Shown: one piece after another, positions 1-13,400 of the stretch
How the letters are laid out: every line of letters begins with the position of its first letter
How positions within the stretch are numbered: the stretch's first letter is position 1
Assembly: GCA_000004985.1 (NCBI GenBank)
Contig: GG738904.1
Reading direction: 5' to 3' (one strand)
Source of the DNA: Naegleria gruberi
Taxonomy: Eukaryota
Length of the DNA stretch: 64,000 nt
The notes under the pieces: generated by a model
What the model saw: only the letters and a program-made list of their open reading frames with translations
Told to the model about the DNA's origin: nothing
Databases searched by the model: none
Position numbers and translations under genes: made by a program

Positions 1-344
1 GCTTTATATCGGAGCGTGTTTGGTTCATCTTTGAAAGATTCAATATATAGTAGCAAATTTATTATTATCAAGAAGGTTTAAAGGTAAGTATTTGATGTAA
101 TTGATGATTGGAATTTATGGTTGGAAATTCGTGTGATTCTCTCCTCCTGTTGCCGTGGTAGTCGCTGAATATAATACATGCTTAAAAGAACGAAACAAGT
201 TGTTTTTCCACCTCCTCCTTTGCTATTAATTAATAATTATTACACTTCTATCAATTTCCAATTTTTGAATTTTGATATTATCTAGAAATTCTCCTCTCTC
301 TCACAGAAATTAAGAAGAAAAACAACAATACATGATCTTCTTCA

Positions 345-1661
345 ATGTCCTCCCCTCTGAAATCACCAAATAATTTAAAACCACTCACAATTGTCTCGCA
401 TCATCATCATCACCACCACCCTTCTGCTGAGCAATGTGATTGTTTATTTTGCAATGACCAAGGAATGTCAACTCCGACACCTTCATCTACATTGGTTGTT
501 GATGATAAAAAGTTTTTCCTTCCCTCTGAAATGTGGTATGAAATATTCAAATACTCGGATTTGTACACTCTTTCTGTATTGATGCAATGTCAGAGAAAGT
601 GGAAATCAATTTACAAGATGAGAGGATTCAAGTCAAAAATTCAATTTTTAAGAATGATGACTGTAGAGTTGGTTGTGAATCAATTGAATTCTAGTAATGC
701 GAGTATCAATAAGAAGAAATATGACGTTCCACAATATGCCATTAGTGGTAAATGTCAAATATCCCTTAACGAACAATATTTGAACAAGAAACATTGTGAG
801 TACAATGATCTCACTAAAGTAATTAAAAAGTTAGACACTCTCAAAGACTTTATTTTGAAGGAAATAAAGCTTTGGGAAGAAGCTAATGGAAAAGTTGATT
901 GTGACCAAATATTTTCAGTTTTCAAGTTAATGAACGACTTGTTCAAACCTGCAAATACATCACCATCTGGAAAAAGAAATGAAAAGAGGTTTGCAAAAGA
1001 TGCATTTGCCAGAGTTGCTATTGTTGGCGATCATAACATGTCAAAGACTACCTTCTTTAATACTTTCCGTTCTCAGATTGAAAATTTTGAATCAGAAGCT
1101 AACTGCTTAGACGATAATGTTGTCTTACATTCCAATAACTCTAACAAGATGAACAATTCCAGCTCTTATCAAATTTGGGATAATTACCAGAGTATTGATG
1201 TGACAACTATGCCTCCTTATTTCCTTAGACGAATCAATTTTTTGATTCTAATTTTTGACGTTTCGAATTTATCATCCTTCTTCAAGTTGCAAACTTGGGT
1301 AAATCAAGTTGTTTCAGGAAATTTAAAAATTGATACCATGCCAGAGTTTGTGTTAGTCGGTACAAAACATGACTTGCTAAAACCTCAAGATGTTGAGAAA
1401 TATTTAGAAAATCGAAACAAACATTACCAACCATTTGCTGACACTCTTGGAATTCCTTATATTGAAGTGGATTCGACAAATATAACGCATGTTGACTCTA
1501 TAATTCATTATTCACTTTCATGGACCTACTTTGTGCATTTGCTTCAAAATTTGTCCTCTACCCTTAAAACCCAACCAGATTCCAAACTTTACGAGAAAAC
1601 ATCTACTCCATCCTTTCATCTTCCCCAATATAGAACATTCGAGGCTAGACAATTAAACTAA
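345..1661 (+). CDS. F-box domain protein fused to a divergent Rab/Ras-like, probably pseudo-, GTPase domain; 438 aa, single exon
   Basis: ATG at 345, stop at 1661. There is an N-terminal His7 tract. An F-box-like segment reads LPSEMWYEIFKYSDLYTLSVLMQCQRKWKSI. The C-terminal half aligns to the small-GTPase fold with degenerate motifs. G1 is GDHNMSKT, where GxxxxGK[ST] has Ser in place of the second Gly. Switch II reads QIWDNYQS against Rab QIWDTAGQ. G4 is TKHD against NKxD. G5 is DST against SAK. Confidence 0.6.
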   Translation: MSSPLKSPNNLKPLTIVSHHHHHHHPSAEQCDCLFCNDQGMSTPTPSSTLVVDDKKFFLPSEMWYEIFKYSDLYTLSVLMQCQRKWKSIYKMRGFKSKIQFLRMMTVELVVNQLNSSNASINKKKYDVPQYAISGKCQISLNEQYLNKKHCEYNDLTKVIKKLDTLKDFILKEIKLWEEANGKVDCDQIFSVFKLMNDLFKPANTSPSGKRNEKRFAKDAFARVAIVGDHNMSKTTFFNTFRSQIENFESEANCLDDNVVLHSNNSNKMNNSSSYQIWDNYQSIDVTTMPPYFLRRINFLILIFDVSNLSSFFKLQTWVNQVVSGNLKIDTMPEFVLVGTKHDLLKPQDVEKYLENRNKHYQPFADTLGIPYIEVDSTNITHVDSIIHYSLSWTYFVHLLQNLSSTLKTQPDSKLYEKTSTPSFHLPQYRTFEARQLN

Positions 1662-1701
1662 CTTGATTATCCAACAACTCTGTAAATACAAAATAAATAA
1701 T

Positions 1702-4700
1702 TTATTGCTTTCTTTCAATGGTCCATCCCTTTTTCGATGTGATTGTTTCAATAGATTTAAAGTTATTGTCCCACCAAGACTTTGTATACGCATTCATCCT
1801 GTCAATCTTTGCCAAATGTTTCATGCAGTAAAGTAATGAATTATTATCTGTCATTCTGCTCAATGAATCAAAGTACTGATCCAAGCAAAATCCTACTCTT
1901 TCTGATTGTAAAGAATCCTCAATAGTCAACAATGAATCGAATACAAGGAAGTATGAGTCTGAGGATTCAGTTGCCGAGTTAACAATTATTGATTGAATAA
2001 ACAATTCGCAGAATTTTTTGGAAATAGAAATACTATCCCAACACCAATGACATAACATGGCTGAAATATCTTGCAATCTGATATTCATGTTGACTAAATG
2101 ATTGAAGAAGAGTCTGTGGAATAGTTTGTCCTTATCTGATGAACAAAGACTATAAGCGTACGGTTCGGTTCTTGGATTTGGATTAATGAGTGGTCCAGAG
2201 GAAACAATTACTCCAGTAATGGAATCCTCTTGGTCAGTGTCCATAATTGTTGGAGGTCTAGCTGTGGTAGATGCAGAGCATGTTCTAACCAAGATACTGA
2301 AAATTCTAATTATAAAAGCAACTGATAATTGTCCAAAAGTTGTAACAATAGAATATTTTGGATTAAAATTAAAGTAAATTGGTTCGCCTTCGTTTTGATG
2401 TTTTGGTAATAGTCCACCCAAAATTAGAGCAAGTTTTGAGACTAATTGTCTCTTAACACACAACAATCTGTAAGAAATTGGACCAAGTGAAACAATATCT
2501 TCCAATAATCTGAAATAATGAGCTGTAGATTTGTGGAATTGTGGAACAATGCTCAACATATCAATCATGCAATCAATAAAGAATCCTGAAGAACATTCAT
2601 AGTCTTTTTCTGTTACTTCCATTGGCTCATCAAAATTAGGATAATTGTTCATGGTCTTTGTAGTGGTAAATCTCCATTCCTCCTTTTCAAAATACTCAAA
2701 TAGATTCTCAACTGGATATAGTGATCTCAAAGTTGCTATTATTAAATCCACAACAGAATCACGTATTTCTTGGGATGGACATATCAGTAGAGAATCTATC
2801 TTCCATTTATCTGTTCTAGCAAACTCTACTAGGAACCACTTTGCAATTCTACTATGTTTTTCAAAAGTATCTTTCAAATAGGTAATCCACTTAACAATCT
2901 TTGGATTGTAAGATCTGATATAATATCCAAAGATATAATTACATGATAGCTGAACGTTTCTCAACACCATGGCATAATCATTGCTCTGGTAGGTACTTAA
3001 ATTACCAAACAAGTATGAATCAAAAGATTCATCGAAAATATTCTTGTAATGATAGAATTTTTCATTTTCCTTCCAAACCTGGGTCATTACAGAAGAGGCT
3101 GGTTGAATAGCTGAAGTTTCCTTTGTTTCAAATGATTCAGCATTAAGCACGCTCACCCTTTGATAGAATAACATGTAGGCATTATTACATCTGAATAGGG
3201 ATGTCTTTTTTCCTGAAATATTATGTTCTACCAGTCCTCCAAAACATTCCATTTCCATTCTGTTAAGATCGAATGGATTAATTTCTTCATCGTTAAATTC
3301 GTACCACTTCTCTTCTTCATTCTTTCTATCCATTATGAATGAGTAATAGTGGCCAGAGTCAGCACTTCCTGAGTGTACCAAAACACCAACTAGTTTATAT
3401 TGGTAGTAATCGTCAGGTCTATGAGGAGGCGGAATGTCGTAGATTCCTCTATTTTCCTTTCTCTCCATACCTTCTACTGTATACGGTTCCATATTTAATA
3501 AATGTGGGAACTCCACACGATCATTGATTTTTCTGTTTACCATTAGACTGAAATCAAAATCAAATCGTTTCAAATGAAGAATCAGAACATTAGGTAGATC
3601 CTTAATAAGAGTTCTTTTGAGTGCGTCTACATGTCTGTCAAGCTTGTCGCTGAAATATTGATTATTACCTTCGAGCATTTCACCTTGACAGTACAATTCT
3701 AGGGATTCCATAATATTTCTCTTATTTTTAACTTCTAAACTGATAATATTGAAATTTTCTGGTCTCTCTGAAATATTTTCTTCATAGATAATTTGATGGA
3801 GAAGAGATCCTCCATAAACATCCCTCAGGAGATAATCCTTCTTGTAGAACTTTAATGCTTCTTCTACACAATCCATAAATAAGTTGAAAAACTCGTTGGC
3901 ATCATGTTGAGTTGAGCATTCAACAGGTCTGCCATCAACTTTGTAAACCCTACAAAATGGTCGTGTATCATAGAATTTCTTACGTCCATACTCTAAGAAG
4001 GCAAACATATCCTGGACCTCTCTCAACAAAGAAACATTTTCTTGAAGTTTTTCGTTGGTAGGCAGTTCATCCGTATTAACAGTGATTAACTCCTTTCTGA
4101 AAGGAATAGTCATGAAGAATTGTTGAAGTAAAGAGTTCATATAACATGTGGCTCCTTGATTTTTCAATCCTACGAATGGTTTCTTCTTTTCTTGGTAGAT
4201 TGGGTAGACTTGCCAATTTTGTGGTTGTTCACAACCTCGAATATATTCTTCTAATAACTGTAAAATTTCCAAGTAATTATCAGGACAACCATCAACAACT
4301 TCTTGTAAAAAATTGAATGTTGCACTCCTACTTTCTTTTGTTTTACATTTTGGTAAAGGCAAATTATCTGTTTGATCAGTTAATTTTGGTACCTCAAACA
4401 AACCATTCAAAAACAAATCCTTGATATGCTTGTGTAATTCTTGCTTAAGGAATGGATAAGTTCTTATGAGAGCCTTTGCAATATTAAAGTAACCAATCAA
4501 AACTTGATCTGCAGCAGAGGTATTATTCTCCTCAATAATTGGTCTATCAAATATCTTTTTAACTATGGTAAACACCTCCTCTTGTGAAATCTCTGTAAAA
4601 TGTTTAGAGTTCATAATAGAATTTTCCAATAAAAGGAAATAATCATCGCATCTATCCTTGTACAAATCAATGTCCTCAGTCATCATTATATTATAGAGTG

Positions 4701-7700
4701 TTGTAATAAAATAACTTGAAGCTTGACTAGAGGAAGAAGATAATTCCAAAATTGTATTGGCGAACTTCTTTCTAATATTGGCATCAGGAGAGAATAGGAG
4801 ACTCTTTGTAGTGCTCAATGTTGTTTCATGAGTGAGCAGTAGTTGTAATAAATCTGGTTTGGATGATGTTATTTTAAGAATGGTAGTTAAGGCAAAGTCG
4901 TAAAGCATAAAGTGGGCATACTCCGAGGTTGTAGTAAATTGAGGATTATATTGGAAAGAGGTAGTAGGTCTGTGTGTGGTAGATGAATCAGAAAGATTAG
5001 AGTTATTCACCCTTTTTTCTGTTTCCTCTACTATTAATACTCTTAAAGTTTCAAGTAAATTGAGTAAAATTTCATTCAATCTCTCATTATTTTCTGGAAT
5101 AAACTTATTCAAGATCTTCAATAGTAAAGCAGCACATTGTTTCTGGAGAGGATTCTTATAACTCTTTCCAATACATAACAATCCATCCACAAGATGCTTC
5201 AAACCTCCATATTTCACAAAGTTGTCATACATCTTCGATCCAGGAACGAAATTTTTGGAAAACTTTGAATCAAGAATTTGTAAACAATATAATAGCTTGT
5301 GGGTACTGTTAGTTGGTAAAATTTCCATCCAATTAATATTACCTTGCATGTTTTCAATATTTAAGATGTTTTTGGACATTGCATAATTTGTAGGTAAATG
5401 CATTAGTAACATCCAAACCTTTTTGGCTACCTCATCACTGCTTGAACCGTCAAGAAGAGAGAACAATAGCGAGAAATGGCTTTCTTTTGATAGAATGCTC
5501 GCAGGGTTCAATCCATCCTCCAAGTTCAATATCACATATTCCTCATCAAGACCATCATCGTTATGAGTAGAAGATGCTAAAAATCCTCCTTCTTGCTTCT
5601 TACTTTTCTTTGCTGAAGATCTATTTCTAGAGAGGAAAACATTACCAAGTTCAGGAACTCCAAGAGCTTTCAAAGCATTACTCGTTAGGGAGAATGTGAT
5701 ATCTCTTGATGAAATTGGTCTGACATAAATTTCAGCACTTGATTCTAAACCAAGATCTTCCAGTGTTTTGTGTTTGTAACATGATAAATCTTCACCTTTC
5801 TCAGTTTCCAATCTTAATAAATGGGCCGAAGATTCATCACCGAGTTCAGAGGCAATAATATTTGTCAATTCATATATTTTCATCTTTGAAGAAACCGATT
5901 TGACAAAACTTTCATTTGTGTAGCAACTAATCTTCAAAGTGATTGGATATCCAAGGAAACTAATTCCGTGGCCTTTATATCCTCCTCCACCACTCTTTTG
6001 ATTTGCTACTACAATATAATCAATCATAAGACTAATGATGTTACAAATGTAGGCGTCTTTTCTCTTAGATGGACTACTGTACTGTTTAAGAAGTTCCATA
6101 CATTTTGCAATGAACTTTTCTCTATAGTCAGCTATAAAATGTTTCAACTCTTTTGCATAACCTGTCTTGTAATTGTTCAAGCATTCTATTGCCTGTCTTA
6201 ACACCTTTTGATCTTTCACAGATAAAATTAAATTCCAAAAGTGTACTAAACCAATTAAATCATCTGATAACACATCTATTTTCTTAATTTTCTTTACAAC
6301 AGGAACAGGATCCTCCTCCATCTCTTGTGATGGAACAGGAGGCTCAAGAAGTTCTTTTCCTTTTGTGATGATTTTAGAAATAAACTTCTTTCCTGAGTTT
6401 GGTTGTTCAATGATAATGATGTTTTCATTTTCTCCAACTGTTTCATAAATAATTTCCAATCTTCTTGCAATAATATTAACAGCTTTAAAGAATGTTCGGA
6501 AGCAGTTGAAATAATTCTCTGAAATACCACTATACAATGACTCTGACTTACTCAGCGAACAAACTAACTCTTCAAATACAAATCTAGTTGTTTCATCATC
6601 AAAAGAGGTAAAATCTTCACAATAATTTTCTCTCATCTTTGCCATCCATTCCATAACAATGTCCCTGTTACCATGAGTCCATAAAACAATACAATTTTTA
6701 ACAGAAAGGGTAATAGGAGAGTTTCTAATAACAAACTCCAAAAAGTCTAATTGATCCCTCAGTTCTTGGTCTGTCTGACTGGTATTTTCCATGTCACTTG
6801 GAAATTGGATTTCAAAGTTTGTAAAAAAGTGATCCATAAGATTTGTTTTTTCGTTAATAGATGCTATTACACCCCATGTTGATTGTTTTTTCTTTCTCTT
6901 TTGAAGGGAGTATGTAGCTAACAATGTCTTCATAAGAGATACGGTTCCTGATGTATTGTGTCTTGACTTGAGCATATCGATACAGTTTAACAGGTATGTC
7001 TTTCTAATACTCTCAAAACAATCTTGTTTGAATAATTCTGAAAGACATTCAAATGCTTTTCTATTTCCGCCAATAGCTAGTTTCCAAAGTAAATCGAGAG
7101 CAAACCAGTTCTTTTTCTTTTCTTTTAACTTTGAAAATGAATTAACAGCACAAATAGTAAAATGAGAAAGGAAATCTACCATGTGATCTCTTTTGCTGAT
7201 TGTTTCAACTGGAATAGCTTCAATTTTTGAATATAAATAAAGAATATCATTAAGGGAAAGTAATGGTACAAAACCAGCGAGAGTAGAAAGAATTAATCTT
7301 TCTGTTGCCTCGTGCTTGTCAACAGAGGCATTCCACAACAAGTCAAGTTCCTCTCTCGAGAACCCTTTATGTTGGGCTAATAATTTAAGTATTGCTATTG
7401 ATATGTTAAGTATTATTGTGATTTGATAAATAAAACTTACATAAAGATTGTCTTACAAGCTCTCTATGTACATCAGTTTCAAATAAATAACCTAGTAATT
7501 TCTTTTCACTCGACCATGCTATAAAAATTCTAATATGTAAATCTTTCTTTGATATATTTACAGATGACATATTAGAATCATTAGATCCATTTAACTGTGG
7601 ACTAGATCCTCCCTGTTTTGACATTTGGTCAGCCTTGATAAGAGTGTCTACATGAGATCTAATTTCGTTCATTCCCAACATTTTTCTTTCAACTGAGTGA

Positions 7701-9329
7701 CAATGCAATAACCTATAAAAATATTGCAATTTCAATCTGTCATAAAATTCTAAACTCTTCTCATCGTTATAATATAATGAGATGATTTTTGTTCTGAAAA
7801 CTGATAGTAAATCTTTGAATTTCTCTTCTATTTTCAACATTTCATCCGAAAGAGAATCTATATAAATAAACATTGAGTTGATAATTTCAGGTACAAAAGT
7901 TTCTTTTGTTTTTTGATCAAGAAATGCTAATTGATAGGAAATTGTATCAATAATCTTTTCTATTACTCTTATTGGTAAATCTTTGTATTTTTTCAAAAGT
8001 TCATTAAATAAATAATAACCTCCGTTTTGGGCAAAAATGTTAATTGACTATTTAGAGATAAGGTTATTAAATTCATGATTTGTAATAAAAATTGAAACTA
8101 ACCTTGCAACATAATTTGGAAAGAATATTTTCTCCTTTTGGTTTTGGAGTGGAGACAATACAGTTTGCAAAATCTTCATTCCATGTACTTTGTGGATGCT
8201 TTTGAATTAATTCCATATAGTGATTATACTCATTTGTTGCCATTTTGTTGTCTCTTGCAAACACAAGATTTTTTGAATAAATTTCATGTTTTTGGAAGGT
8301 TAGTGATCTACAAACATCAACTCCAAGAACAAGTGATTTTGATATGAGATTAATTTTTTGAACTATTTGTGATTGCTTCTCCTTTTCGCTGAGTTGGGAT
8401 GAGGATTTAGATTCTTCCAATTCAAGAGATTCAGAACTCTTTTCAGTCTTTTCTGACTTTTGTTCTGCTTGACTTTCCATTATCTTTTGAAATAGATCGA
8501 AAGGATAGGTTATTTTGATATAAATATAATCACGAATCGCAGCATTAATCAAATCTCCAATTTTTGAAAGTAAATCATTATCTTCAATCATATGAAGTGA
8601 TGTTGTGTGATTTAAAATAGAAACCATATGTGTTTGAAGAAACCAAATTGCATTAGCACTTTTAAAGTTTGTAATATTGTACTCGTCAAACTCTGTGGCA
8701 TATTGATCTCTGATGAAATCTAACATTTTAATCTCACAATCAATTAAATCTATAATGTCTATATCGTAACCAAATTATTCCACTTAAATTGACAACTTAC
8801 CAAGCAATTCTTGCATGTTTGAATGTCGGGCTAGCCTTTCTTTATAAACATCACTAATTTTCTTATACTTTTCAATAAAACCATTTTCAAATGTTAGTAA
8901 ATCTTCTGGATTCGGAGTCAAATCAGGCTTGACAATTTTCTCTTCCTTTTTGTCTTCTTCCTCTTTAACAATACCATTTTGTTGTACAGAACCAAGATGA
9001 TCATGTTGATGATCATCAGTTTTGTTTGTCAAATTTTCATCAACAAAATTATTTTCAGAATTTTCATCTTCGTGATCCAATGGACTTGTTTCTCCTACAG
9101 TACTAGTATCTTTTTCAGTATTCTCTTCCTCCAATATTGGTTGTGTTTTTTCATTATTATTGTCTTTATCCGATATTTGATCCTCTTCTTCTTTTTCCCT
9201 TCCTTCATCACAAGCAGCAACATTCAATGAAGAAGGTATGTCATTTACAGAAGAAGGTATTGTTTCCTCTGTTGCTGTTGTTGTTGTCGTTGCTTGTTGA
9301 TGGAGTTCCTGATTCTCCTCCGAAGACAT
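1702..9329 (-). CDS. Large USP-family ubiquitin C-terminal hydrolase (USP9X/USP24/USP34-like), about 2488 aa; complement(join(1702..7376,7441..8047,8103..8758,8801..9329))
   Basis: The Cys box is GLKNQGATCYMNSLLQQFF and the His box is YKLVGVLVHSGSADSGHYYSF, both in the 1879-aa 3' exon. Three introns of 42, 55 and 64 nt have GTAAGT/GTTAGT donors and TAG acceptors and keep the frame. ATG is at 9329 (MSSEENQ) and the stop codon is at 1702-1704. Long helical ARM/HEAT-like flanks are typical of USP9X/24/34. Confidence 0.8.
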
Positions 9330-10441
9330 GCTGATAATAAATTAAAAAAGATGACGGAAGCAGAAATCAACAAGGCAATTTTTTCTGGTTTACTTTAACG
9401 AAGGTTCTCACTTCAAAATCATTTCTATTTAGTTATGCCAAGTCACAATTTATTTGCTTGTTTGCAATTTTGGATGACATTGCATACAGTTTTATAAAAT
9501 TGTTTTCAAAGTGTTTGTAAACTCTTAGTAAATGTTTAAGATAAGTTAAACTAGATTCTTCCAAAAATAAAGTAATCCTAGAAAGTAAAATACTGACATG
9601 TTAACAGTTAGAGTTAATTCAATGTTTCAGTATTTCTTTTAGCATTCGTAAAACTTTTCCTATATTAAGCTTGGCAGTAGCCTCAAAAAAGTAGTTTCCA
9701 TTACAAAAAAGATTGGAAGATTTTGAACTACAGTACAAGCAAATAGAGGCACGAATCACCTTGAATATTCCATAACTCAAATTGCCACACTTCATAAATA
9801 AAGATGGTACAGTAAGGCTACTTCAAGTGAACCATTAACTATTTTACTAGATCTTACGAAATGGAAGGATGGTTTACTGAATTGTGACATTTCTCAATTC
9901 TATTTCACAAAATACAGATGAGAAAGAGGCATTTCAAAATGAAGACTTTTTGAAGAATACTAGAAAATATTTAATTACACAAATTACAAATTCATTATTG
10001 TAAAATGATAATATTCATTATGAATTCATAATGACCAAAGTCTTTCCAACCGTTTATTTTCAGAGTTTGAGGGCCCAAGAGTGGTTGTTGTGAAACATAT
10101 CAAGCACAATAGGGAAGATATTGGCAAGCATCCATCAATCAGTTGTGATCAACGCTGCGACACTTGTCACATTTTCACACTTTAAAAAAAATTTCATTCT
10201 GCCACCAGCCCAGGTAATCAAAAATTAAGAGGGCTACTCAACAAACGATTCGTAACAACAACAAACAGAGGCAACGAATCAAAATTTCACTAATCACTGT
10301 TGACACTAATCATCAGCATCATTGTAACAATATCAATCGTGTTCTCGTATAGTAAGTAAAGAAGAATACACAATTATTAGAAAGAGGACCAATAACAATA
10401 ACTATCTGCTAATTCTTCTGCTTCTTCATTCTCTATAGAAA
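9330..10441. promoter_or_regulatory. Divergent 1.1-kb intergenic region between the USP gene (minus) and NF1 (plus); possible 5'-UTR intron of NF1 at about 10350-10438
   Basis: The two start codons face away from each other at 9329 and 10442. A GTAAGT at about 10350 and a CTCTATAG acceptor sit immediately before the NF1 ATG. There is no long ORF in the region. Confidence 0.3.
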
Positions 10442-13400
10442 ATGGAACATTTACTCGTGTTGACTACTGTTGAAAGAATTGGTGATTCTCTTCCAAGTAC
10501 ACCTTCATCACAAAGAAGAAAGGGTTTCAATTTGAAGGGTTATATTAAAACACTCAATGAATTGATTGTTTTGCCAAATATTGACTTACACAAAGTGGTT
10601 CAACCTCTCGTTGATCTCTACGATAATGTCTCTAAAGTAAGTAGTTTTTCAGAAGGCTGTAGTGGTTTATTAACGCTACATGGTTTTTTTGTTGCAAATT
10701 TCATTATCATCATGTTTGGCGCCACAATTTTGTATCTTCCAATGACACAATTTTTCAACAATAACAACAACAAAACAAAATGATGATCAACTAATAATAT
10801 CATCATCATGCTGGTTATTATGTTGATATTTATCTAACAAAAACAAATTATCATATATAGACCACAATCAATGCTACATTAAAACCTTCTGAGAAAAGAA
10901 CAAAATTAGAGTTGATCAACAAATCAAAACTCATCATTCTCAATCTATTATCGGATTATATAAATTTTGCCATCGAAAATAAGGAAGTAAGTATGAATTA
11001 TTGTGAGGTTCATCAATATGAATTTGTTATTATTATTATTAATAATATATTTAATAGCTTGTTTTGCCAAATCATCACTTGAACAATTTGTTCTGTCAAT
11101 TTGATAATGATGATCTCTTGTTGGAAGAGAGACGTCAAGAACAAGATGAAGAAGAAGATGAAGATTTAGTTGCACTTGTTAAGGAACAATCAAAGAATGC
11201 TCATCAACCATCACAATCAGCTTCAACAATTACAGAAAGTACAAATGAAGGTAACGAATCTCCAAGTATTAAAAATGGATCTCTCAATCAGATCAGTGAT
11301 TTCGAATATGGGCATGAAAGAGGTAGATCACCAAGTGGCTTGGGAGCATCTCTTGATTATTTAAATGCTTACAAGCAAAGAAAACAAAAGAAATCTTCAT
11401 CAAAATCACAAAGAAACTTTAATGTAAAGAGAAGTGCTGCCACTTTTACTCAACCAAAAGAATTGGACGAAGCAACAGCTCTCAACATTATTCAATTAGT
11501 TTCCACTAGATTATTATTACAACATGATATGTTCTATGATGCCACACAAGAAGAAATCCAAAAAACAGCAGTTAATAATTATCTTGAACAACAAATTTCC
11601 TATAGATGTATGGAGATACTATTCAAAATAAGTGTTTGTAAACCAGATACTGTTTTCAAGACTATTGTTGGTGATTCATTACCTACATCACTTAATAATA
11701 ACTGTATGGATATCAGTTTTAATACTGATCTTCAATCTGACAAACTTCCTTTCTCTTCCTCTCTTTCACATTTCAAACTGATCGAATATGTAAATTGGAC
11801 AGTTGGTAATTTAGAAAAACTCTTAAAGGCAGTCAATGAAAACATGAAAGGTTTTACCAAATATTTGGAAGTCTTAACACCTCCTTTAAGATTAGCTATA
11901 TGGAACTTTATTACAAACTATAATAATGAATTTGTTGATATCATTAAGAATCCAAATGCTTCAATTGTTAATACAGCTAGAGAAACATTTGATAATATTT
12001 ATAAACAAACAGGAAAGAAACAAAAAAACAAGACATGGCCAGCACTTGCCACTTTATGCGTTTTGACTGCAGATGATCTTCTAAAGTGTGTAAAGGCAGG
12101 TAATGGTAAAAAGTTTGGTGGCAGTGAAAATATGACAACATTTATTCACAAAGATCTCTTAAAAGCAATGGAAGATAAGGATAAGTCTCTTATTTTACCT
12201 CCATTGATTGACATTTATAGAGCTGTATCATATGCACCATCAGATGTAGAAACAGCCTTTGCTGTTCTTTCTCTTTTGGTGGAAGAAAAATTCCTTTCCA
12301 TTTTTGTACCAGAACCAACAACAGGAAAAGTTTCTAAATGCTATAGTCCAGAAGAGTTGAATGAACTCGAAATGTGGACATTTTATGTAACAACACTTTA
12401 TAGAAGAAGCCCAGAAAAATGCAAAAAACAACTAATGATACCAATAATGGCAGATGGTACTTTAGAGCAAAAACAAACAGTTGCCAAAGTACTTCTTTTC
12501 CTTCTTACTGATAGATCTTCTCAATTTACCTACAATAGAAAGTTAGAAGTAGACTTTAAAGTACTTGCTTCATCTCTTCGTGAATTTTTCATTTCGACTA
12601 CAGATCAATTCAAAGGTAAAGCAAGAGAAACTGGTGATGATAATACTCCAACATTAGCACCAAGTGCATCCTTTAGAACACCAAAGAAAGGCTTTGCAGC
12701 TCTTTTAAGAGAGAAAGTAGGTGGTAAGGACAGTAGTAATTCTCCTACTGGATTGGGATCATTCGCAGGTCAACCAAACTTTAAAATGTTTGATACTGTT
12801 AACACAATTCTTCACGTTTTTTGTGCTGATCCAAGGTTTTTCCTTACAAAGTCAAACGAATCCGATCAAAATATCAATAATTTTGCCTATTTGGCTGACT
12901 TCTTTGTGCTAAATTCTGACCCAATTGTACAAGATCAAATAACTAGACTTTTCCAAAAGCTTTTCTTAGAACAATATATTAAGAACTGGGGAGATGATTT
13001 ATTTGTTGGATTCAGTACTATCTCAACAAGAGTTTTGTCAAGACTATCACCTGCTCTTTTCCTTCTTAATGAATTGGAACAATTGCAAGCAACAAAGACC
13101 TTACTTTTCCTTTTGAGAAACATTACCTATTGTGCTAAGAAATTCTATATTGCTAACAGAGACACTTATTTACTTTTGGAACACATTAGAACTAACCCTG
13201 ACAGAATTAATACTCTTGAAGTTTTATGTAGTAACTTATTGGTATGCCTTTGCTCAACTGATAAGGAGATTTGGCAGTCTACTACAAGATGTTTGAGAGA
13301 TGTTTGTGACCAAATTGAAATTTTGAATAATCACAACATTAAGAAGTTGAATTACAATTTTTACAGACAATTGGCAAGCATTGACTTGAATGGTAAATTT

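Noticed and set aside
10442-10783. 113-aa ORF at the NF1 5' end
   Set aside because: It is NF1 exon 1 read through into intron 1. The GTAAGT at 10637 and the acceptor at 10860 show the true exon ends at 10636.
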